From the NCBI GenBank assembly GCA_951406725.2, contig OX597815.1:12834001-12898000 (forward strand): a DNA stretch of 64,000 nt, written 5' to 3'. This document shows, in pieces, positions 40,390 through 52,253 of the stretch. Position 1 is the stretch's first letter; each line of letters starts with the position of its first letter. The notes under the pieces are model-generated. The model saw only the letters and a list, made by a program, of their open reading frames with translations. It ran no database searches and was not told where the DNA came from. The position numbers were made by a program, and so were the translations under genes. This DNA comes from Octopus vulgaris (taxonomy: Eukaryota).

Positions 40390-41897
40390 TATAAATGCAT
40401 TATACATGTGCGTGAGTGAGTGTGTGACACGACGTTTGTATATGATTACCCTGATATATTTACATTTATTTGTAAATTTCCATATACGTAAACATATATA
40501 CATTTGTCTGACCATAATACCGAGAGCCATAAAGGTAACATATTCACCGACGTAGAAATTTTGGTGCTCGGTGGATGTTAATATCTTTCGAAATTGCCAG
40601 AGAATTACAATATATGTAAGATGAACCACATCGCAATTTACATATATGAGATAGTCTGATTATGCATCCAACAATGGATGCATTAACGGCGAATAAATCT
40701 TAGAAATATTGAAGATGATAGAAAGAACCAATGTAGTATTAACTTTTTTTGTATACAAACCTTTCTGCATTTAGCATATTTCAGCAACACGTTGCCAATA
40801 TTTTCCTTTGTACTGTCGTACATACACATACTTATATGCAATGCAGGCACAGTCTTAGGTACGTACGAACAGCCCTATGTGCGAATAAGCATAAGTATAT
40901 ACATAAGCACGCATGTATATGTAAATACCTGATAATATATATACATATGTACATAGACACATCAATCTCTTTAGTTTTTAGACATTCCGTCGACATTGCC
41001 TATTTCATTTGTTTGAAACCATTCTCTTGCTTACAAGAATATTTCAAACGATTAAAAATGAAACAAATATCATATATATATATATACTTATAAGCATGTA
41101 TACCTCTGATAGTTACGTAGAAGGATTCGGTGTCCGTATACCTCCGCTACGAGAATATTATCCCTAGAAACAGATGCTAGCCTTAAGGTGAAGCGGTTGG
41201 AGTACTACAGCCGGCATTATTCGCTCTTAATTTCTTAGCTATGGAGATGGTGCCTACCGACACACGTACACTCATTAAGATATCACACAAAGATCTGAGA
41301 CTAAAACTATATATAAACTGCAGAGAAACAATTGTTCGCTTACGATTGTGCTCCGATCTTTCACATTGTGGAGGAGATGCACAATTTGTTGGATGATTTT
41401 TTTGGTTGTCTTGAGAAGTGATATGCACAATATAATTATTTATGTGCAAAATACTTAAAAAATACTGGTGACGCAAAATTACCACATGCTTATTTTGTAC
41501 CAGGACCCGGTCGAGATAAAGCCCTGACCCTATCTGGTAAGTAGAAACAGTGATGATAATAGTCTCAATGGAAATTTAAGAACAGTAAACAAGCCAAGTT
41601 TAAGATGTCTGATGAAGCACGAAATAATGAGAACGTAGGATGCGTGAGGCAGCTCAATATTTGAAATGTTGATATACCGACTGCATAAAAACTTACGTGT
41701 GACACTGAATGCAATATAAATGTGTATGTGAATAAAATATTACCTACTCTATTTTACAACTGGACCCATATATAATATACAGCAACAATATTAAACTAAA
41801 ATGTGCATGCAGTTCTATATTTAAGAGATAAGGAATTATGTAGAGAATTTACATTATTTACGTTTGAAGATATTTGTCTTCATCTTGTTTGTTGTTA

Positions 41898-41942
41898 CCA
41901 CAACGTTTCGGCTGATGTGCCCTCCAGCCTTCATCAGGTGTC
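41898..41942 (-). ncRNA. minimal type I hammerhead motif, canonical CUGAUGA core
   Basis: Minus strand: CAC-CTGATGA-a-GGCTG gagggcacat CAGCC-GAA-ACGT-T^GTG. Confidence 0.75.
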
Positions 41943-42029
41943 TTCGGGAAATTTCCTTAGGTATTTTTTGATGTCATTATCGTTGTTGTTGTTGTTCTTC
42001 TTCTTCTTCTTCTTCTTCTTCTTCTTCTT

Positions 42030-42063
<34 letters not shown>

Positions 42064-42108
42064 TTATTATTATTATTATTATTAATATCATTATTATTAT
42101 TATTAATA

Positions 42109-42170
<62 letters not shown>

Positions 42171-42258
42171 ATCACTACCTGGAATCGAACTCGGAATCTT
42201 TGGGTTAGTAGCCCACGCTCTTAATCCCAAGATTCCGAGTTCGATTCCAGGCAGTGAA

Positions 42259-42323
<65 letters not shown>

Positions 42324-42424
42324 TGATAATAATAATAACAATAATAATAACAGCAATAACAACAACAACAATAACATCGAAAAATACCTTATGAATGAGA
42401 GCCCAGGTTCCAAAATTTCCAAAG

Positions 42425-42468
42425 ACACCTGACGAAAGCTGGAAGGCATATCAGCCGAAACGTTGTGT
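42425..42468 (+). ncRNA. minimal type I hammerhead motif, CUGACGA core
   Basis: ACAC-CTGACGA-a-AGCTG gaaggcatat CAGCC-GAA-ACGT-T^GTGT; the stem II closing pair is mutated (A-C) in this copy. Confidence 0.7.
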
Positions 42469-42849
42469 TAACAACAAACAAGATGAGAACAAATATCCGA
42501 CAAATATAAATAATGTAAGTAATGTAAAATGCCCACGCATTTGTGATGAGGTATTCCAGATAAATGTTGGTCATCACATTATAAGACACAGAAACACACT
42601 CATTCGAGAGAAAATTTATTTTTCTGTCGTGCAAGAAATGATGGTGCAAAAAAAGTACAATTGGCTAAAGAATATCCAATAAATAGAAGACAATTGGCTA
42701 TGGAGGGCCTTGCAGTGATTTCATTGAGTCGCATAAGGACAAGCTGTTGAGTGTGGATGGCTGGAGTGTAAGAAGTAAAACTGCGGAATTCTTTAAATTG
42801 TTTAAGAGGTGATCTCTAAAATCAATCTGGAATACGAAAATCATAGTTA

Positions 42850-43560
42850 TGACCACCTCTAGTAAGAAAAATTCTGAGCAGAGTGGGGCAGCAGAGCGGT
42901 AAAAGCATTGCGTCTTTGACAGCCTAAGTGATCACAGAGTTAGACCATCATTTTGCGTACACCGTCTCAAAGAAATCCCTACGTTTCGAGCCTCCTAAAT
43001 CAGATAAAGATAAACATCTCTTGTCTGTCATCAATGATGAACAACGGGAAAACGTAGTTAATGTCTGAATGTAGCAAAGTCAATATTCTCTGAAATGTCA
43101 CCATCCTCACTTTTGTCCCACATTGAAAAGTGTTTATGTCCGGAGAGAGATTTTGATACTAATGGTGTGTTGCTAACGGAAAGCATGGAGGTTGTACAGT
43201 GAAGATTTGGGCAGCCATAATACGGAAAACTCTCTGCTCCTTATTTGTTTTGCATAGCATTGTTAATAGTAAGGATTACTTGAGTAATTTGGCTGACCGT
43301 GTCAATCCTTTGATGCATATCTCATTCCTTAATGAGAGTGCACTCTTTAGTGATGATAACACACTGATTTACACGATTAATACTATTCTAAATTGGTACA
43401 AAGGGAACACAAGAGAAGTAAACCAGTGATCCACACAAACTGAACATTTATAGTGCATATTAAAGTAGCAACTGATGATGAGCAATTTGTTACGCATTCC
43501 TTGTTGGAAGGTGTAAAATAAATTTTACTTAAAAAGTGGCTTTACATCCACCTAACACCA
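42850..43560 (+). mobile_element. decayed Tc1-family transposase fragment
   Basis: GKHGGCTVKIWAAI (cf. KHGGGSVMVWGAI), NSKDYLSNLADRVNP, ALFSDDNTLIYT (cf. FQDDNAPIHT). Confidence 0.8.
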
Positions 43561-43764
43561 GGTTACAGGCAGTACGAGACAATTACAGGGCCTATTAAAT
43601 CTACGATTGATAGTAAAAGTAGATAAACTCTGAGTTAAACAATACAACTTCCTCTGAAGATGTTATTTCCAATATTATTTCCATCCCTAGTCTCTTTATC
43701 GATTTCCCTCTTTCTCTCTCTGTCTGTGTGTGTGTTTGCGTGCGCGTATATATGTATTTGTGTG

Positions 43765-44400
43765 TATTAAATATATTGGCCAAACCAGAATATCACTCTG
43801 TCGAAGAACCACTTTTCACAAAGAGCAAATCCGCCACCCACACTACAAAAAGATACAGATCACTGAACACATAGATAGGTGTGCTAGGAAACTTAATCCT
43901 AATTTCCTAATTTTTGCCTTCTATCAATGTTCATATAACGCTTCACTACAGCAAAGAATGAATAAAGAAGTAACTTTCATCAATAAATATCATCCACAAT
44001 TTAACATGAACACAACATTATACAGAACACTACTAACCTTTCCAAAAATGCCACTAACACACTTTCATTCCTTCTACTAATTATATTAGGGTATTATATC
44101 GACCCTAAGTGCACCACGTCCAGAAATACTTACCTCCGTTACAGAATACTTTTACTCAGTGACTAGTAGACGCGACAGCGTTTGCTAGTCGGTACACATT
44201 CAAAGCCAGTGAACAGCAATGAAGACACCGGTTTGACTTTGAATCTCTTTAACAATTCAAAATAATGAATTTAATTCCTCTTAGTTCTACCAAAGTTCAT
44301 CTAATTCTATTTATTTAGCGCTACTTTTCATAGAAAAATCCTTTATTTTTTAAGCTCAATGAACATTTTCGCTTTTTTCTTCTTACTTTACCCATACCAT
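43765..44400 (+). mobile_element. Penelope-like 3' fragment (GIY-YIG second half plus decayed pseudo-LTR)
   Basis: KYIGQTRISLCRRTTFHKEQIRH...EHIDRCA...RMNKEVTFINKYHPQFN in ORF 43730..44080. Confidence 0.8.
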
Positions 44401-44409
44401 AGCTGGCCC

Positions 44410-45600
44410 ATTCTGTGAGACACACATATTAAGTTACTTCATGGACATTCTCATACTATGTTTCATACTATGGAATATCAATTTAAACACACTCCTAGAA
44501 ATAAAAGCACTTCTGAATAGCATCCACAAGCATTTAATTCCCAATGGAATACAACCAAGGGGCACTTCTATTCCTGGTCATTATAATTAAAAAACAAACG
44601 ACAAAATCGAAACAGATATATTTTATAAAACAACAGATGCAAGGCAATGACTTCTTCTATTTAGCTCTTGCCATCCTAGACACACAAAAACGACCATCAC
44701 CTTCAACCTTGCAAGAATAATCTGCACTATTGTCTCAAAGAAAAATACTAGAGATTTAAGACTACAAGAAATGAAAAAACGTTCTCCTCGATAGACACTA
44801 CACAATCCAACTTATTAATGAAGGAATAAAACGGGTCAAATCTATCAACACCGACACATTAAGAAAAACAAACCTCTACTTAAGACACTACCCTACATTT
44901 CCACATACAACCCCAAGAGCAAAGAATCATTCAGCACAATCATACAAAACCTACAAATAATACACAAGAACCCAAAGTGAAAAGGAATTTTACGTGACAT
45001 TAAAATTGTCAAAAGCAACACACAGCCTAAGTCATTAAAGATACTCCTAAATAATGCAAAAATATTCCCCTCAACAACAAGCCCCAAAGTAAAAAAAAAT
45101 ATTAATCACCTTGACTGTGGTAGGGGCCGCAACCTTTTAAACAAGGGCAACAATTTATAATTAAGTCAAATTTCACTTGTGCATCCGAAAATCTGATCTA
45201 CGTAATCAGATGCTCTGACTGCCAGAAAGACAATATCAGTGGCACGGGGAATCCTATATGTCAACGTTGTATGGTGCATCGCCAACAGATAGCTTCACCA
45301 CAATAGCGCCAAATTGATCTCAGTGAACATATCGACGTATGTACGAAACAAATACAACCTAAATTCAACATTTTCCCTCTATATTAATTTGCTGAATGGA
45401 CATCTACACAAGCCCGCCTCTATAAAGAGACATATTTCATCCCAAAATACAAGCCTGAACTTAACACCAATTCATTTTAATTGTATTACAAATTGTCATT
45501 TAATTACCTGACTCCTGGACACCCATTCATATTCAAACTTGAATCATGAGAGGTCCGACATGACTCTTATGAAGAAAGTATTCATATCTTGGCAATTGCT
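44410..45600 (+). mobile_element. Penelope-like element: RT C-terminus, linker and GIY-YIG, decayed
   Basis: IETDIFYKTTDARQ*LLLFSSCHPRHTK, FNLARIICTIVS, FIIKSNFTCASENLIYVIRCSDC, LSEHIDVC, RLYKETYFIPKYKPELN. Confidence 0.85.
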
Positions 45601-45717
45601 TTATTGTACATTTTCTATTGGACTGATTTATTTTATTCAATTATGGAATTTCAATGCGTACAAGTTATATCTGTATGCCAAACACAATTTATAGGTATAA
45701 ATTACAGTTCGTACTTA

Positions 45718-45768
<51 letters not shown>

Positions 45769-45884
45769 GGCATTATTACACATAAATGCCTCACGCTAGG
45801 AGGGACATCAGTCATTTCTACCAAAAATTTTACTAATCATACCCAATGCAATTTTTCAAAGCAAGATATTTAAAAAATGAATTT

Positions 45885-45952
45885 AGTCTTATATCACCTG
45901 TGATTTCGCACTTTCCGCAGAAGAATTTGCGACCATGCTCATCAGTAAGACT
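45885..45952 (-). ncRNA. type I hammerhead ribozyme motif, canonical core, extended stem II
   Basis: Minus strand: AGTCTTA-CTGATGA-GCA tggtCGCAaattcttcTGCGgaaag TGC-GAAA-TCAC ag GTGA-TA^TAAGACT; perfect 7-bp stem I, AUA site. Confidence 0.8.
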
Positions 45953-46116
45953 GATTCTGAACATATCATAAATAAACGACCAGTACCGTCAAAGTCGAAC
46001 AGCCATCTGCTCTATACCAACGAAGCACATGGAGAAGTTTACAAATCATATATCGGGTAAATGGCGGGCTTCTTCGAATTGCATTTCGGTTAGGAAAAGT
46101 TTTTTCGGAATAAATT

Positions 46117-46170
<54 letters not shown>

Positions 46171-46623
46171 TATATATATGTATATATATATTACAAAAGA
46201 GAAAATGGAATGTTAGAGCATAAAATACGTGCATAAACACTCATTCACACATCACTGCTTAATGTTTAAAACCTAGTAGGGTAATATAATTAACTGTGTA
46301 TAAAATGAAATGACCCCTGTAACTGTGGGCTTGCCAAAAACACTGAAGTGCTTCATGAAAAATTAGAGTTGCTCCCTTTGAAGTGTTGCTTCATCTCTGT
46401 TCACTTTTATTCAAATATGGCATCCTATTGACAGCAAAATGTTTTCTCTATATAATTTGAAAATCACTTGATCGTGAAACCGATACTTATTTAATTTGTA
46501 ATGATGTAATGATGTAATATGATCCTAATATCAACATAGACTTTAACATACGAATTTTCTGTGACTTTACATTTCTTTCTTATATACCTATCCCACGTGT
46601 ATACAGAAGTTTGCATTCTTCAA

Positions 46624-46678
<55 letters not shown>

Positions 46679-46884
46679 TAAATTTAGGGTAAAAATTGAT
46701 ATTTCTCAATTAGAACCAGTGGTCTACCATATTAAAGAAAGAATCCGAAGATTAAAATATTTATATATACCAATTAAGGACTGCACACGAAAAGTGGACA
46801 GTGAACATGCTAGATATAGACGTCAAATCGCCATTCTCCACAAAAAGTTTATGTTCTCAGATCAAACTCAACAAAACCAAAGCA

Positions 46885-46938
<54 letters not shown>

Positions 46939-46953
46939 GTATGTACGTATATC

Positions 46954-47038
<85 letters not shown>

Positions 47039-47651
47039 ATATATATATATATGGAGTTCGACGTAGTAAAATGGAGTGAAATCTTTATACTTCCGACATA
47101 TGTCTCTAAGAAAGCATTGGATGATATTGCAGAGAGAATAAAATATATATATTCCCAAGCTTTTAATATTTGTTCATATTTACCCCTCGCACTATATTTC
47201 TAGTTTTCTTCTCATTTCTGTCTTCTTTCTTTTTCTCTCTCTAAAAATTGCATTTGACGTCATATTATCAGTTCTTTTCCTTAAAGAATCTACTTTCATC
47301 ATATATGCAGTAATCCCATTCGGTTAAAATATATTATTGATGCGTTATGCTTCACTTTTTGTTCCTGGTGAGAAGATTGCACTGTTTTACTTCAATTTAT
47401 TCCTTCTGGAATAATACTAATGCTTTCTTCGAAATATATGTGAGAAGTATAAAATTTGAATAATACCTGTGTTTTACTCCATATATATATATATATATAA
47501 GTCTGTGTGTGTGTGTGTGTGTGTGTTATCCAAAAACATTTCACTAAAACCCAGCGTTTCTTACTTTCCAGGATCCTTGGTCGTATGTGAATTTTTGCTA
47601 CCCTGGTAACAATCTCTTTACTTTTCCGTGTTATTTTAAACATTGAAAAAG

Positions 47652-47713
<62 letters not shown>

Positions 47714-47726
47714 CAATTATATATAT

Positions 47727-47937
47727 ATCGCCGTGATCACCGTGACTGACCAGGCTAACAGAAGAAACGTTGTGGCGAAAGAGTATAGCAGGGATTGCCA
47801 CCACCCCCTGCCAGAGCGTCGTGGAGCATTAGGTATTTTTCGCTCAATAAATACTCAGAACGCCCGGTCTGGGAATCGAAACCGCAATTCTACAACTGCG
47901 AGACCACTGCCCTAACCACCGGGCCATTGCGCGTCCA
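47727..47937 (-). mobile_element. SINE with group B head and a short alternative tail
   Basis: Minus head GGACGCGCAATGGCCCGGTGGTTAGGGCAG...GTTTCGATTCCCAGACCGGG matches group B; tail TCTGTTAGCCTGGTCAGTCACGGTGATCACGGCGA differs. Confidence 0.8.
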
Positions 47938-47969
47938 CACACATATATATATGTACGTATGTATGTATG

Positions 47970-48025
<56 letters not shown>

Positions 48026-48156
48026 CATTTATATATTCACACACAGAGACACTCATTCACACACATACATATACATATATACTTATATAGAGTGTGGGAA
48101 GGAAAAATCTATTTAAGAAAGACATAATAGGTGAAACGTGGTTTGGGATGTATTCC

Positions 48157-48194
<38 letters not shown>

Positions 48195-48252
48195 TTAATT
48201 ATAGGTGCATATACACACACACACACACACACAATCACACACACACACAATT

Positions 48253-48316
<64 letters not shown>

Positions 48317-50639
48317 GCAATACTTTCCCTACCACGTTTCCCCTATTATGTGTTTCCTATATAGATTTTCTCCACACTCTACCACATACTTTAGCCATCA
48401 GGAGACATGCTTTTAACAGTCCCCCGCACATCCCAATTAACACCATACAACCCAATTAATCACTGTCATTAGGCTTGCAGATTTGTGCACATTTTTGCAC
48501 ATGCACCTCAGTGTTACACATACCACTACACCTTCTAGTTTCCTTCAAGATGTACACTTAGATATATGCAACTACACAACCATTCGTTCGGCACTTCTTA
48601 ATGTCTCCTATAGAACAGAATTCCGCTGCTAGTTTCAAACACTTCAGTTTCTCCTTTTGTCTTCCCTCACTTTTTATTTTCCTTTTAAAATTTGACTACT
48701 CTTCTTTGTCACTAAACATATGTTTGCCTCTCAATTACCTTCTGATGGGTAGCCAGCAAGTCGTACGTCTTGGGACTGTTTGTCTCCTCTGATGGTTTTA
48801 AAAATATCATTTCTTAAAACATTTCATTCCTATGATGTCACTTTTTATTTTTATAGGGTCAACGCCTCGATATATGTGTGTGTATGAGGGAGAGAGAGTA
48901 AGAGAGAGAGAGTGAGAGAAAGAGAGCGAGAGAAAGAGAGCGAGAGAGCGTATCTAAATTTGGCGTAGAATAATTGAACGTTTAAAATCGTTTTAGTTCA
49001 GGATGCCGCACTACTATTATGAAATGGTTCTCTATAGTCCTGCTGCGAATTTTATAATTAGTGTTCATAAATTTTATATTTACAGCAATTCCCCTTTCCG
49101 TATTTGTAAGCTGTTATTAGGTGCATTTTATTAATAGTAAAATAATAAAAATAAACCCGTATAATTATGCGGAAATATATATATCGGCGCAAAATCCCAA
49201 ACACCCAATGGGATAGTAATTCTGATCTTTGACTTGGATAAGATGGTAAATTCTGTTGGTGAATTCAGCTCAGGTGCGAGTTCTTAGGAATTCCAATGCG
49301 TCGATGGAAGTGCTTTTCAATGGAATTGACCTTGTCATCTTATGAAAACATTATCTCCTTTTAAGTTTTATTATTTGCTGGGTTGGTTCAATATTTCCTC
49401 TAGCTATTGACTATATTTCGTTGCTGGTAAAATGTCTCTGGTGCTGGCAGTGTTTATGGTTATATTAGCGATTATCTTCTGTTTACTCATTTCTTTCATG
49501 TGTCTGGAGGAATTATAATATTGCCTGTTAGAAAGACAAAGTCTCCTATTCATTTGAGGAAATCTAATTATAGCTTTCAGTAAGAAGTTAGTTCTGTGCA
49601 TCGGAGGTGATGGTATGAAGTCGTGACTATTATTTTGAAGAGAATATCTTCACAATACTGGCTGTCCTTCACTCGTCAACATGATTTCTCAAATGGTTTA
49701 AGAATGTGCATTAAGCGAACGAAAGGCAATTTATGTTAATTATGTTTATTTAATTTTGTTGAAATACGTCATTGTGTTTCAGCTTAACATTGTTGCAACA
49801 AGACTGATAGGACACACCTGCACACACGTACACCCCTACACAGAGGTTGTACATATGCAAGCACATATAGACACACGTAGCTATCTACACGAACAGTGTG
49901 CTAGCACAAGTTGTTCGTGTGTATTTGTGGTGATATTTTACTACTTTCTGTTTTCTGTCAAAGGTTTACTACCATGATACAGCGGTAAGAGACCAATAAG
50001 ATGGCAAATATTTTAATAGGATTAAATTCAAACGTTCTGTATATGTTCAGTATAATATCATTGTCCGAGTGCTGTTTAGAAGAAACATAGTTATGGATTA
50101 TATAGCATTTTGTAAGCTTACAGACTTAATACAAAATGTAATAATATTACTAATATAATTTTACACTTGAATCTATTTATACTTTTCACTTGACTAAAAG
50201 TTTCTCTTCTCGCAAGGGGGTTTTGATTGTAATGATTAATTAGCTATAAACACACGTAATGTAAATCACACTGGTAATAAATAGTAAAACGCCCGTGAAA
50301 AGTTTTAATACGTATATTCACATATATAAAACTACACTGACGCATACAGAGTATGGTATTATATCATCGTATTTTCAGAATATACAGATACAAGAAACGT
50401 TTACGCTGGTATATGATGATACAAAGTTTTACATCGGCGTATTGCATAATGTAAACTGAGGTGTATGGACAAATTTCACAAAGTTACACCGAAATCGAAC
50501 ATACTACGTTTATGTATGGAGGACTAGCTATTTCAGAGTAGCATCATATTACTACACATAGGATGTTCTATGTGAATTGTCTCCTATGAAAATAATTTTT
50601 ACGCTCTTTAATGAATCACGGTTTCAAATTTTGACACAA

Positions 50640-50833
50640 GACCTGCTATGTCGGTGGAAAGGATTATGTCAATTAAATATGTTGCTGTGTTCCAATGACA
50701 CTTATTTTATCGATCTCAATAGGATTAAAGGCAAAGTTAACCTCGGTAGAATTGAATTCATAATGAAAAACCAGACGAAATGTCACTAAGTAATTTAGCC
50801 CGGCGTGCTAACGGTTGTATAAGCTCGCCGCCT
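50640..50833 (-). mobile_element. degenerate SINE group N copy
   Basis: TTTTATCGATCTCAATAGGATTAAAGGCAAAGTTAACCTCGG...GCTCGCCGCC. Confidence 0.75.
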
Positions 50834-51037
50834 TATATTCTGCAATGAATATTGCTGTTTTACTGTCGCTTGATTCCAAGATGAAAGAATCTAGTAAAGA
50901 TGACTTTCTGAGCTTAGGTATATTTCTATATTCTTTGCGACTATGAAAGCAGCTAGATGGGTACGAGCGAAATAGAGTGGTAGACGAGAATCAACAATAC
51001 AATGATTGTCTTAATCGAATAATTTTTTGAAATACTA

Positions 51038-52253
51038 TTAGGTTGTTCCGAAAATAATGGCCGCTCTAAGTATTGTGTTTTAAAACGCGATTTTCTCTTA
51101 GTGTTTTACTTACGTTAGGTGAACTTTACATACTTAATAATCGGTGTATGATTTTTCATAATTTTCTACTTATTTCAGACAGAAAACATTCTTGAAGCAT
51201 AGGCGTCCTTAATTATGAGCATGACATAAAAGGACCATCGCTTATTTTTCTTGCATGAGTTCAAGCTTTGCCACAATGCCTTCCAAACTGCTGCCAATAT
51301 CAACAGAGCATAGGCAGACGGGTCTAAAAGTGATCGCAGTGTATGAAGGTGGCTTCAGAAATTCCGTAATCGTGATGGGAGCCTTGAAGATGAAGAATGT
51401 AGAGGACGGTCATTGCAGTTTTGACAATGAACAATCGAAAGCAAATTCTAAACACAACTCACATCAAAGTATCAGAGAAATGTGTCTGGCACTTGCTGTT
51501 GGTATTGCAACGGCCTCATGCAATCTGCAGAAGATTGGTAAGGTGAACAATCTCGATAAGTGGGTACTACATGAGGTCAATGAAATTTCGGCGTCTTGAA
51601 GTGTGCTCAATGCTCTTTCTGCAAAACACCAATGATAATTTTCTTGACCGAATAGTCACCTGCGACGAAAAGTGGATCCTTTATGTTAACCGTAAACAAT
51701 CAGATCAATGGCTTGATTGTGATGTGTCTCCCAAACATTTCCCAAAGCCAAAGTTGCATCAGCAAAAGATTATGATGACTGTCTGATGGTCTGCAATTGG
51801 TGTTGTCCGTTACTGCTTTCTGGAATCTAATCAGAGCATGAAATGCATGTTCACTTGCAAAAAGTGGGACCTGCATTGGTGAATCTGCGTGGCCCACGAG
51901 AATGCAAAGCCATAAGTTGCAAGAATGACGCTGCAGAAACTCACAGATTTGGGATACGAGACTTTACCACATCCTCCATATTCTCCTGATCTTTCACCCA
52001 CTGACATTTCAACACGTTTTTAAGTGATAAAACTTTCCGGTCCAAACCAGAGGTTGAATTAGCTTGCAAAGATTTCTTAGCATCAAAGCCAATAAGTTTT
52101 TATCAACGAGACATAAATAATCTCGTTGATTGATGGCAGAAATTCATAGATGTTCACGGCTCAAACTTTGACTAATCAAAACATTTCTATTGTTAATGTT
52201 TCCAGAATAAATTTATGTTTCTGAAATCGGCCATTATTTTCGGAACCACTTAA
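51038..52253 (+). mobile_element. full-length inactive mariner (DD34D-type) element
   Basis: TIRs TTAGGTTGTTCCGAAAATAATGGCCG / CGGCCATTATTTTCGGAACCACTTAA, TA TSD; frameshifted transposase with LDRIVTCDEKWILY, HENAKP, YETLPHPPYSPDLSPTD. Confidence 0.95.

Larger units (their letters stand above)
41810..42524. mobile_element. fold-back pair of a short element: tRNA-derived head + (AAT)n + hammerhead tail
   Basis: Minus copy ~41810-42224 and plus copy ~42222-42524 joined head-to-head; B box GTTCGATTC in both; hammerheads at 41898-41942 (-) and 42425-42468 (+); imperfect direct repeat TAAAATGTGCATGCA / TAAAATGCCCACGCA at 41797 and 42525. Confidence 0.85.

Noticed and set aside
41803-42449. 209-aa and 139-aa ORFs with poly-L/F/N
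   Set aside because: Translations of (TTC)n/(TTA)n/(AAT)n inside the fold-back element.
48737-48810. Possible minus-strand exon (…ETNSPKTYDLLATHQK|GTAATT)
   Set aside because: Donor-like site but weak acceptor and no recognisable homology; needs RNA-seq.
51255-51897. Functional or domesticated mariner transposase
   Set aside because: Multiple frameshifts, stops and a deletion before the second catalytic Asp, which reads HEN instead of HDN.
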